Assembly (NCBI GenBank): GCA_043732485.1
Contig: JAYTHP010000121.1
Location: 1-13,088 of the forward strand
From: Oligoflexia bacterium
GTDB taxonomy: Bacteria > Bdellovibrionota > UBA1018
Direction of reading: 5' to 3'
DNA length: 13,088 bases
Made by a program: the position numbers and the translations under genes. Of this stretch, positions 1 to 8,133 are shown piece after piece. A model generated the notes under the pieces. It was not told the DNA's origin. It ran no database searches and saw only the letters and a program-made list of their open reading frames with translations. Each line of letters begins with the position of its first letter. The first letter of the stretch is position 1.

Positions 1-132
1 GCTCTCGGATGGGCTCATTAATTTTTAATTTAGATTTCTTTTCAAGAATCTTAACCGACTGCTTAGATCTTATTTTTCTTTTTGACATCTTGGGAAAAAA
101 GTTCTAACAATTTGGAGTGGCCGTCAGGGTAA

Positions 133-1230
133 AAAATAGACTATGAATTAAAAAATTTCAGCATTAGAACACGATTTGCTCCGTATCTTTCCAGTTTTAA
201 AAATTTACGCCTCAAGGTTCATAAACTCGATGACCACTACTTATTAACGCTTTTTAACGCACCAGCGAAGGTGAGAGTGCTTGATTTTTCTGACAGCTCC
301 TGGCGCAACCCCCAAAGCGAACTCTCGCTCAGCCAGATCAAGCAATTGCGAGATCACCTGCCGCAACTCACAGTCTTCAAGCTGAGCATGCCTGAGGCTT
401 CTGACAACTGTCTCAAGAAGCTGCTTATTTTCTCTGAGCCAAATTAATGTTTGCTCCTTAAGGAGCTGAGCTTGACAAGGAGGCGGGACGCCAAGGGGTT
501 GATTCACTTTGACTAGCCAGAATTATTGAGCAACCTTGAGCAGGGAGGACTTTCTTCCCTCACCAGCCTGACCTTAGACTCGCCCACCACCCCTAACGTG
601 ACCACCCTCGATAGGTGCCTTGCGCGGGCGCAAGATCATGCTGACGCCCAATGTTTATGTTAATTGCTCAGACACTCAACCCTGTCTCCTGGCCAATTAC
701 TTCACTACGCGGAATTTTCCTCACCTGCGAGACCTTAGCGTCCAACTGAAAGGAGCAACTTCTCGGAACATTCTTGAGCTGATGGGTCAAGCGATGCAAC
801 TTCCCGATCTAGAAAACTTCATTTTACAAGAAATTTCCTCACACGTAGGCCCTCTCATCACCCCCCAAGAAGCTCGCGAGATCGAGCGGCCTTGTTCAGC
901 AGCGGTTCAAGCGTTTCAGGTATCATTATACACTCGATAGACACTCGATGTTTTTCCTCCACTCGCTGGTGAGAGGCTTTTGTGTGTCATCATTTTTTCG
1001 GGTCGCAAAAACCGATTCTCTGGCGACCCCTCATGGACTGAAGAGCCTTGGCACCAGCAAGCCTTCTCACCCGCGTACAAGCTTCTCTAGTCCTTGTCAA
1101 AATACCGCAAAAGAAGCCACCTTGCTGCGCCTGCTTCTCGTTCAAGAGACACCAAAACCTCCCGAAGCTTGAGCAGCTGCAAGTCGCACCCCTGGTCGTG
1201 ATCAGGGGATCTTGTCAAGCACGTGCTTGA
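133..1230 (+). pseudogene. Degraded leucine-rich-repeat-like protein gene with in-frame stops and frameshifts; boundaries approximate
   Basis: Manual translation of + frame 1 is stop-free over 133-444 (YLSSFKNLRL, AKVRVLDFS, HLPQLTVFKLS). After TAA 445-447 it continues CLLLKELSLT, and after TAG 514-516 it continues GLSSLTSLTLD. Frame 2 (620-940) carries NFPHLRDLSVQL and QLPDLENFILQE, frame 3 carries HGLKSLG, and frame 1 near 1150-1190 carries QNLPKLEQLQV. These are repeated LxxLxL-type cores in successive frames. Confidence 0.55.
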
Positions 1231-1232
1231 CA
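1213..1232. repeat. Perfect 20-bp palindrome TGTCAAGCACGTGCTTGACA (possible terminator hairpin or operator)
   Basis: The sequence equals its own reverse complement. It lies 44 bp beyond the pepN stop codon, where pepN converges on the end of the LRR-like remnant. Confidence 0.85.
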
Positions 1233-1276
1233 CCACCTACGCCTCCGATCACTCTGGCTCCTGCATCGACCAGAGG

Positions 1277-4063
1277 CTAGCGCTTCAGCTCACCCACTTG
1301 ATGCGAGAGCGCGCGGGCCAGGGTGGTTCTTTCGCGATTTTGCAAGATGCGCCGTAATTCCTTTTTTAAGCCAAACTCCAGCTGCGGATGTTGCTCGATG
1401 TAGGTTTTTAGCTCTTGATTCAGTGCATCGGAGCATTCTAGTGGAAACAGCTCAATCACGAAATGTTTGGCGTAATCGCCATCATGAAACTGATCGATCA
1501 GCTTGGGAATCATCTCAAAAAATGACGCTCGCATAAAGGCGGTCAACTCAGGCTGATCCTCCTTGTGAAACGAACCCATCAGGGAGCGGGCTCGCGCGGT
1601 GTTTAAGCGCTCTAGGCCCGGATCTTGATTTAAAAAGCGCTTCCACCAGCGCTTTTTGCCCTTCTCGTCAGGCAGCAAGACCTCAGCCACCCAGGCCGAG
1701 AGCAAGCCCTTATCGTTTTGATCTTGCGCCCGCTCCCGCTCAATGTCCTCAATACCCACTTCGCCTGCACGTGCCAGCACCTGCAGCATGTGCCACCTGC
1801 GCTCTTGATCCATGAGAAAGCCTGCGCCTTCAATTTCAGTTTGCTGTAAGTAATGCTTCAACCGGCTTAGCCCGGGTTTTGAGCGGGTGTGCGCCACGAA
1901 CTCGCGGAACAAAATGATCTGAAAGTCACTCTTCGACTCGGCTTTTAAAAAGTTTTGATACAAAAACTCTTCTTTTCTCAGCCGGTACGCCAATTTAATT
2001 TCTGGGCTCATCCACCAAGCCGTGCCGCGCAATAAGGCCAGAGCGCTACGAAACGCACTGAGATTTTTTTCTTCAGCCAAGTGTTTGAAAATCAACTCAC
2101 AAAACTCCTGGGCACTGAGCTGAGCATGCTCCACCATCTTCCACAGGGTTTCCCACAACACTTGTCTTAAGAAGGGGTCTTGAATTTTCCCTAAATGGCT
2201 GTGCAAGGTGGCCAAACTTTCCCGGTCTAGAATCACCCTGACAAAATCGTGATCATCAACGTTGGGGAAAAGAAACGCTGGCTTTACAAGCCCTTGAGCC
2301 GCGGGAACCGTCGTTTTTGCTCCTTGGTAAACCACCGGCAAGACTTGTCGCAATTTCAGCTCCCCGGCTGGGGTAAGATCATAGAACCCCAGCAGAGTTT
2401 TATGAGAGCGCAGGGTCTGGGTGTCGTCCAGCTCCGAGGCAAACTGCTCCAACACCAACTCGGCAATCGTGCCGTCAGGATTACTTTTGGTCAGGACTTG
2501 CACCGCGTTGGTGCCTTGCGTCTTGAGCCAACTCTCGTCCCAGGCCTTTAAGTCAATCCCGGCTGCAGCCCCCAGGCTTGCCAGAAAATCATGGCGAGTG
2601 GCGTTCAAGAAACGAAACTTCTGGAAGTAACTTTGCAACCCTTTCACCAAGGCCTGCTCGCCAATCACAAAAATTAGCTGCTTCAGCACAGCAGCCCCCT
2701 TGCCATAAGTCAAACCATCAAAAATGGCGTCCGCCTCAAGCGTGTCTTTTGCTTGCCCGACAATCGGGTGGGTCGTAATCTCATCATCTTCATGATAGCC
2801 CCAGTTTTTTTCCTGGGCATTAAAGAACTGCCAGACGTCGCGCTCGGAGATGCGCGGATCAATGGCAGTGGGAAAATAGCTGTTTGCTAAGTTACTGTAA
2901 ACCGTAGCAAAACTCTCATTGAGCCAAAGGTCATCCCACCAGCGCAAGGTCACGAGATTGCCAAACCACATGTGGGCAAGCTCATGGGTAATCGTGGTAG
3001 CGCGGTGATAGATTTGCAGCAGCGTCGGGTCAGAGCGGAAGATATAGCTCTCATTAAAGGTCACCGCTCCGACGTTCTCCATCGCCCCCATATTATAATC
3101 GGGACACAAGATCTGGTCGTATTTCTCAAACGGGTAGGGCTGGCCAAAGGACTTTTCAAAAAAGCGAAAGCCCTCTTGGGTGATTTTGAACCAGTTTTGT
3201 ACGTCTTTTTCCAAATAACTAACCATCGACTTGCGAGCATACAAACTGAGCGGCACTTTCTCACCGGTCAGCTCACGCTCGTAAACCGAGTCCCAACGAT
3301 GGTAAGGCCCCACCACTAACGCAAACAGGTAAGTGCTAAAGACCTTCTTGGCCGGAAAATGCCAGCGACGATACAAATCGCCTTGTGAGTCGGTTAAAAC
3401 ACTGGGCTCAGCCGTTGCCGAAGGGGCGTGGTCGTCATCGGCCTTGGTATTGCCGATGACCTGCCAACTGGGATCCGCATCCACCGTAACTTCATAGCGG
3501 GCCTTCAGATCCGGCTGATCAAACAGCGGGAAGGAACGATTGGCGTTGAAAGGCTCAGAGTTGGTATAGAAATAGACTTGGCCATCTTGCTGATCGACCG
3601 TCCTTTGAAAGCCAACCCCTTGATTACTAAAGTTTTGTGTGAAGGTAATTTCCAGATGGTTGCGTCCGACTTTTAAGAACGCCGAAGGAATCAAGATTCT
3701 GACACCCTGATAAGAGGCAACCTGGAGCAGATCGTGATCGCCCGCAGGCTCGCCGTCCTGGTTTTTAAGACCCCCCCCGTGCACTTTCCTTGCCACCTGG
3801 TTCACCTTGAGCGCCTGCACCTCGCCTTGAAAGAAATCAACGAAAAAGCGCGCAGGCTCGGCCTGATGGGGCTCACTCTCCGCCTCACCAGACACGAGAG
3901 GCTCGGCACGTTTTTCAAAGTCAATTTCCATGACCCCGGAAAAAGTCTCACCTTGGCGGGGGATTTTCAGATGCAAGTGATACTTGACGCTCCCCAACCA
4001 GCGGGCACGCTCTTGGGCTTCAGCTTGAGTTAAAACCGGATGATCCACTTTTTCATTGTTCAT
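1277..4063 (-). CDS. pepN: Aminopeptidase N, M1 zinc metallopeptidase (actinobacterial/myxobacterial-like subtype, with C-terminal helical ERAP1-like domain)
   Basis: 928-aa ORF with the GAMEN exopeptidase motif, HELAH-x18-E zinc motif (HELAHMWFGNLVTLRWWDDLWLNES), FPLFDQPDLKA and FDGLTYGKGAAVLKQL. The N-terminal LTQAEAQERA is typical of this subtype. An SD-like GAGGA lies at 4080-4076. Confidence 0.96.
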   Translation of the reverse strand: MNNEKVDHPVLTQAEAQERARWLGSVKYHLHLKIPRQGETFSGVMEIDFEKRAEPLVSGEAESEPHQAEPARFFVDFFQGEVQALKVNQVARKVHGGGLKNQDGEPAGDHDLLQVASYQGVRILIPSAFLKVGRNHLEITFTQNFSNQGVGFQRTVDQQDGQVYFYTNSEPFNANRSFPLFDQPDLKARYEVTVDADPSWQVIGNTKADDDHAPSATAEPSVLTDSQGDLYRRWHFPAKKVFSTYLFALVVGPYHRWDSVYERELTGEKVPLSLYARKSMVSYLEKDVQNWFKITQEGFRFFEKSFGQPYPFEKYDQILCPDYNMGAMENVGAVTFNESYIFRSDPTLLQIYHRATTITHELAHMWFGNLVTLRWWDDLWLNESFATVYSNLANSYFPTAIDPRISERDVWQFFNAQEKNWGYHEDDEITTHPIVGQAKDTLEADAIFDGLTYGKGAAVLKQLIFVIGEQALVKGLQSYFQKFRFLNATRHDFLASLGAAAGIDLKAWDESWLKTQGTNAVQVLTKSNPDGTIAELVLEQFASELDDTQTLRSHKTLLGFYDLTPAGELKLRQVLPVVYQGAKTTVPAAQGLVKPAFLFPNVDDHDFVRVILDRESLATLHSHLGKIQDPFLRQVLWETLWKMVEHAQLSAQEFCELIFKHLAEEKNLSAFRSALALLRGTAWWMSPEIKLAYRLRKEEFLYQNFLKAESKSDFQIILFREFVAHTRSKPGLSRLKHYLQQTEIEGAGFLMDQERRWHMLQVLARAGEVGIEDIERERAQDQNDKGLLSAWVAEVLLPDEKGKKRWWKRFLNQDPGLERLNTARARSLMGSFHKEDQPELTAFMRASFFEMIPKLIDQFHDGDYAKHFVIELFPLECSDALNQELKTYIEQHPQLEFGLKKELRRILQNRERTTLARALSHQVGELKR

Positions 4064-4075
4064 GGGATGATGTGT

Positions 4076-4080
4076 TCCTC
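4076..4080 (-). promoter_or_regulatory. Putative Shine-Dalgarno sequence of pepN
   Basis: GAGGA on the minus strand, 12 nt upstream of the ATG at 4063. Confidence 0.5.
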
Positions 4081-4238
4081 TTTTTTGCTAAAATCTTGAA
4101 ACCTCGTAGCTTGAGTCTTCCACTTTTCAGGCTTTTGCACAATTGTTTCTCACCCACACGAGCACAAAAAGTCTTTTGGAGTGCAGCCGCTCCCCCCCTT
4201 TCCTTTGCCTGCGACCCGTAGGCTCACCAGAGGATCAT

Positions 4239-4271
4239 TGACGCGGCAGTGACGCGACGGTGACGCTCGCT
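4239..4271. repeat. Three direct repeats of TGACGC at an exact 11-bp period
   Basis: TGACGCGGCAG (4239), TGACGCGACGG (4250) and TGACGCTCGCT (4261), within the divergent pepN/dbpA intergenic region. Confidence 0.75.
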
Positions 4272-4280
4272 CTTTTTTTT
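4254..4280 (+). terminator. Intrinsic-terminator-like hairpin plus U-tract in the dbpA 5' leader (possible attenuator)
   Basis: Stem GCGACG/CG(C)TCGC with a GTGA (GNRA) loop, immediately followed by TCTTTTTTTT and ending ~44 nt before the dbpA ATG. Confidence 0.4.
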
Positions 4281-4324
4281 CTCATTAGCCAGCCCGGACA
4301 ATCAGTGATAACCTCGCACACATT

Positions 4325-5947
4325 ATGGTTAAATCACCCCGTCTCACTCCCGACCCCCCCTCCTCCCGTGCCGCAACTGCCACCACGAACAAAAGCGACC
4401 CTGTGAAGGCTTTTAGCAGCCTCGCGCTCTCTCCCGCGTTGCAAGCCGTGATCCAAGAGCTCGGGTTCCAGGAGATGACCCCGATCCAAGCCCAAAGCCT
4501 ACCACTGTTACTGGCAGGCTTGGATGTAATTGCCCAGGCACAAACCGGCAGCGGTAAAACACTGGCCTTTAGTGCCGCACTCTTGCAAACGGTTAAGGTC
4601 AAAACCAAAGCGATGCAAGCACTAGTGCTTTGCCCCACCCGAGAACTAGCCGGCCAAGTGCTCAGTGAGATTCGAAAATTAGGCCGCAAAATTCCAGACT
4701 TACAAGTCCTAGGACTCTCCGGCGGCGTTCCCATGGGCCCGCAAGTTCAAGCCTTAAAACGAGGCGTTCACATCACCGTCGGCACACCCGGCCGGGTGTT
4801 AGATCACCTCATGCGCAAATCGCTCGTGCTAGATCAGCTTCAGACCTGGGTGCTTGACGAAGCCGATCGGATCCTAGAAATGGGCTTTCAAAAGGAGCTC
4901 GAGGCGATCCATCGCTATTTGCCTGAGAAACGGCAAACGCTCTTTTTTTCCGCCACCTTTCCGGCCACCATCCAAGAGCTCAGCCAGACCTATCAACATC
5001 AGCCACACTTTGTTCGCTCCCAACACCCCTCCCCCGCAAAGCTTGCGGGACGGGACTCAGGTCATGCGAGAGACAGCGACGCCGACGGCAGCAAAGACAC
5101 CCACGACGCCAGCCCAGAAACTGCCGGGCCAGAAGGTGCGGTGAACGATCAGATCCGGCAAAGCTATTACCTCACCCCGCCCGCCCAGAAGCTTGCCGCT
5201 TTAGTCTGGCTGATTGAGAAATACCCACACACCTCGATTCTTATTTTTTGCAACTTCAAGGCCTCGGTCACTCAACTGGTCGCAGATCTTAGCGCACTGC
5301 AAATCAGCGTTGCCGGTTTGCAAGGTGATTTAGACCAAGCCCAACGCGATCGCATCCTGGTGCTCTTTCGGCACCAAAGCGTCCGGGTGCTAGTCGCCAC
5401 CGACGTTGCGGCGCGCGGCTTAGATGTTGCCCATCTCGGATTGGTCATCAACTTTGAGTTCCCCAAGCAGTGGGAAAGTTACGTTCACCGGATCGGGCGC
5501 ACCGGACGCGCTGGAAAAAAGGGAATGGCCGTGTCGCTCGTTCACCCCCAAGAATCCGGGCGCGTGAACTCGCTAGAAAAACGCCTCAGCTGTCAGATTG
5601 CGGCAAAAACTTTACCTGAGGACTCCGCCTTGCAAGCCGCAAGCCACACCCCACAGCCCGCGCTGATGAATACCTTGTGTTTTGCAGCCGGACGCAAAGA
5701 CAAACTGCGTCCGGGAGACCTTCTAGGGGCGCTCACCGGTGAAGCCGGGAGACTAGAGGGCGCCTGGGTGGGTAATATTGAAATCCACGACCACGTTTCC
5801 TTTGTGGCAATTTCTAGTCAAATGCGGGGCACGATTTATGACCTACTCACCCGGCTTAAGATGGGACAAATTAAGGGAAAAAAGATTCGCGTCTCGCTTT
5901 TGAGTCCACCGCTCACGGTGCTAAGCAAACGCCGCATTCGAGACTAA
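4325..5947 (+). CDS. dbpA: ATP-dependent DEAD-box RNA helicase DbpA (23S rRNA-specific type)
   Basis: Q-motif GFQEMTPIQAQSLP, motif I AQTGSGKT, Ia PTRELA, GG doublet, Ib GTPGRVLD, DEAD, SAT, V ATDVAARGLD and VI HRIGRTGRAG. The C-terminal DbpA RNA-binding domain signature GRKDKLRPGDLLGALTGE...GQIKGKKIRV is present. Confidence 0.95.
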   Translation: MVKSPRLTPDPPSSRAATATTNKSDPVKAFSSLALSPALQAVIQELGFQEMTPIQAQSLPLLLAGLDVIAQAQTGSGKTLAFSAALLQTVKVKTKAMQALVLCPTRELAGQVLSEIRKLGRKIPDLQVLGLSGGVPMGPQVQALKRGVHITVGTPGRVLDHLMRKSLVLDQLQTWVLDEADRILEMGFQKELEAIHRYLPEKRQTLFFSATFPATIQELSQTYQHQPHFVRSQHPSPAKLAGRDSGHARDSDADGSKDTHDASPETAGPEGAVNDQIRQSYYLTPPAQKLAALVWLIEKYPHTSILIFCNFKASVTQLVADLSALQISVAGLQGDLDQAQRDRILVLFRHQSVRVLVATDVAARGLDVAHLGLVINFEFPKQWESYVHRIGRTGRAGKKGMAVSLVHPQESGRVNSLEKRLSCQIAAKTLPEDSALQAASHTPQPALMNTLCFAAGRKDKLRPGDLLGALTGEAGRLEGAWVGNIEIHDHVSFVAISSQMRGTIYDLLTRLKMGQIKGKKIRVSLLSPPLTVLSKRRIRD

Positions 5948-6085
5948 AAGCCGAGGCATTTTTCCCGCTGCCGTTGCTTATTCCGGGGAGATCTCCTCCA
6001 CTGCTTCTAAACGCCTTCACTTTCTGAAAAGTTGGCAGAGAAATTAGCTTGTTTTCAAAAAAAAAATAAGTTAACCCGAAATACC

Positions 6086-8035
6086 ATGAAGACCTTGTTA
6101 AAAAAAATCCTAATGGGCTCCCTTATATTCACTCTCGCCGACTTCTGGTACCCAAGGCCTCTTCGCGCCGATCGCAAAAACCTCGCCTTTGATCTCACTG
6201 GCAGCACCCATGGCTCGAGTTGGATTGCCCACACCTGGTGGAGCGCCTTACGACTGCGAAAACTGATTGAGAGAAATCAATTTCTTGCTGACGTGCAAGT
6301 CTCGCTACTCCTCGATGCGCGCGCCAGAAAAGTTTTGCAAGACCTTTACCGCAAAGACGTGATGGAGAGCGAGAACTCCCCCGCGTTGCCCAAGAGTCGT
6401 TGGCGACTGATTCGCGCGCCAGAAAATGAGGATCAAATCCGCCTGCCCGAGGGATCTCATTACTTATTTGAATTTTCCGATGGCAGCAGACTCCACCCCT
6501 CGTTACTGAAAAAAGAACTCAAGGACCGTCTGCGATCCAAGCGTCACTTTTGGAGTAGTAGTTTTTTTAATGACAGTCATCAAGAAGAATTTCTCTGGGG
6601 TGAAGACAAACAAGCCTTTCTGGCGGGCCCTGGCTTGGGTCCCCAGCAAGCAGGAGTCAGCACTCCCCCGGAGCTCGACGAGTTGCTTCTCCTGCCGCGT
6701 GAAAAACGAGCAGGCTACCTTGCCCACTCCTTGGACGCGCTTGCCAAAGAAATCGAGCCCCAACGTTTAGCCCGTCTGAAGTCACTTTTCGCGCTCACCC
6801 ACAAGTCACAAGCCACGCAAAACGTCTTGCATGTCAGTTTTCTCTCTGGCCTGCCTCCGAGCTTTCTGCCGGAAAGTATCCATGAACTCAACGGATCACC
6901 CTTACAGCAGGCCCTTAAAAAGCAGGTCGCAGCGTTCGTAAAATTGCTCACAAAAAAAAGCGCCAAATCAGGGCCTATTCTTTTAGTCATCCCGCACGGC
7001 GAAGAGCTAATACGACAATACCTCCCAGACCAGGAAGCAGTTTTTCTCTCGCTTGATGCCCAAGCGCCTGCGAGTCAAATCACCGAGCAACTCCAGACCT
7101 CTTGCCGCAAGCTTTACGTCCTACCGCTCACCCAGTGTCATTACTTCCCCATCTTGGGCTTTTTGTCGCTGGTCGATCTCCCGATCCTCCTGAGCGATCA
7201 CCCGCTGCTACCAAGCGCCATTCGCTTGCAGCTCAACGCGCTGCCCTTACTCAGTGACAGGCCTCAGCCCCTGCTAGAAGCGCTCTTTCAAAATACTAAC
7301 AGCATGGAGCGAAAACTCCTGCAACAGGCCTACCCCCCGCAAGAAACCTACAACGCCCCGCTCAACTTGAATCAAGAGGGGGCCTTTGAGCAGTTATTAG
7401 CGCTCTTCGATCAGCAGCTGATCCTCACGGAGGAGACCTTCTCCCAACTCTCCTCACCCACTACGCCTGAAGGTTCGCTTGCCCCCTTAATGCTTAATCC
7501 CCCCTTGACGCGAGGACAAAAAATCATGCAAAAGATCGCCCTGCAAACGCAGGAGTTCGCAGATTTTCTCTATCAGGTCATCGGGACAGTGGAACAGTAT
7601 CACTCCTTCCTCCCGCAATCGCCGAAACAGGAGCCCGTCTTACTGCAAGCTTTTTTCCAAGGCTTAAGCGGCCAGCTCAATCTCAACAGCCTCACCTACT
7701 CGCTCCTGAAGGACGCACTGAGTGAACAAGTGCTTTCCCTGGAGTTTGCTGAAGCGCAGCAAAAGCGGCTGCAAAGTCCGCTTTGGCGTCAAGCGTCTTT
7801 AAAGCCTGGGAATCTTGAGCCTCTTGAAACGCCTGAGCCCGCACTCGGAAGCGATGCGCCTTATGATGGGGAGGCTTCAGCGCAACTCTTACGCGGATTA
7901 GCTGATGATCAACCCGGAAATGGTGCTGACACTCAGGTGAAGAAGAAAGGATCCTTTCGCTCTTGGCTCCGGAAGCTGAGCGCCGACGTTTTAGAAACCG
8001 AAGATGCCGTGGACCTGCAAGCATTAACTTTTTAA
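6086..8035 (+). CDS. Hypothetical, probably exported protein (~649 aa); N-terminal ~390 aa possibly a divergent EarP-like GT-B fold
   Basis: Long ORF. ATG 6086 is preferred over TTG 6032 because it follows an A-rich intergenic tract and gives a basic-then-hydrophobic N-terminus (MKTLLKKILMGSLIFTLA...LRA/D). The fold assignment is by eye only. Confidence 0.8.
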   Translation: MKTLLKKILMGSLIFTLADFWYPRPLRADRKNLAFDLTGSTHGSSWIAHTWWSALRLRKLIERNQFLADVQVSLLLDARARKVLQDLYRKDVMESENSPALPKSRWRLIRAPENEDQIRLPEGSHYLFEFSDGSRLHPSLLKKELKDRLRSKRHFWSSSFFNDSHQEEFLWGEDKQAFLAGPGLGPQQAGVSTPPELDELLLLPREKRAGYLAHSLDALAKEIEPQRLARLKSLFALTHKSQATQNVLHVSFLSGLPPSFLPESIHELNGSPLQQALKKQVAAFVKLLTKKSAKSGPILLVIPHGEELIRQYLPDQEAVFLSLDAQAPASQITEQLQTSCRKLYVLPLTQCHYFPILGFLSLVDLPILLSDHPLLPSAIRLQLNALPLLSDRPQPLLEALFQNTNSMERKLLQQAYPPQETYNAPLNLNQEGAFEQLLALFDQQLILTEETFSQLSSPTTPEGSLAPLMLNPPLTRGQKIMQKIALQTQEFADFLYQVIGTVEQYHSFLPQSPKQEPVLLQAFFQGLSGQLNLNSLTYSLLKDALSEQVLSLEFAEAQQKRLQSPLWRQASLKPGNLEPLETPEPALGSDAPYDGEASAQLLRGLADDQPGNGADTQVKKKGSFRSWLRKLSADVLETEDAVDLQALTF

Positions 8036-8077
8036 GTAAAAAATCGGCAAAAAATTTAAGGGAATTGACGTGAAAGC

Positions 8078-8108
8078 GCGACCCAGTGGACGGGCTAGCC
8101 CCACTCGC
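8078..8108. terminator. GC-rich imperfect hairpin between convergent genes (possible terminator)
   Basis: GCGA(CCC)AGTGG...GGGCTAGCCC...CCACTCGC, containing the perfect palindrome GGGCTAGCCC (8092-8101). It lies in the 98-bp gap between the stops at 8035 (+) and 8134 (-), with A/T tracts further out on both sides. Confidence 0.3.
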
Positions 8109-8133
8109 CTTGCGACACCAGGAGCCTTTTTTT

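Noticed and set aside
1..18. Possible minus-strand gene start (ATG at 18, MSPSES...) running off the left edge, preceded by an AT-rich tract
   Set aside because: Only six codons are visible, so it cannot be supported without the flanking sequence.
9..60. Frame-3 peptide MGSLIFNLDFFSRILTD resembles MGSLIFTLADFWYPRPLRAD at 6113 in the hypothetical protein
   Set aside because: The match is short, DNA identity is limited to ATGGGCTC, and the frame closes at 105-107. It is probably chance, although a shared signal-peptide family cannot be excluded.
82..111. Sigma70-like promoter TTGACA-N17/18-TAACAA/AACAAT
   Set aside because: The -35 is perfect but the -10 is weak, the context is AT-rich, and no intact downstream gene exists (ATG 143 is followed by a stop after two codons).
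244..507. 87-aa minus-strand ORF
   Set aside because: No recognisable motifs, and it lies antisense to the + strand LRR-like frame, so it is best explained as a shadow ORF.
445..516. Stop-codon reassignment as the explanation for in-frame stops in the LRR-like frame
   Set aside because: Both TAA and TAG interrupt it, frameshifts are also required, and the neighbouring genes read normally and end in TAA or TAG under code 11.
620..1230. Three small + ORFs (620-940, 948-1172, 1048-1230) as independent genes
   Set aside because: They overlap or abut in different frames and each carries LRR-like fragments, so they are interpreted as pieces of one pseudogene.
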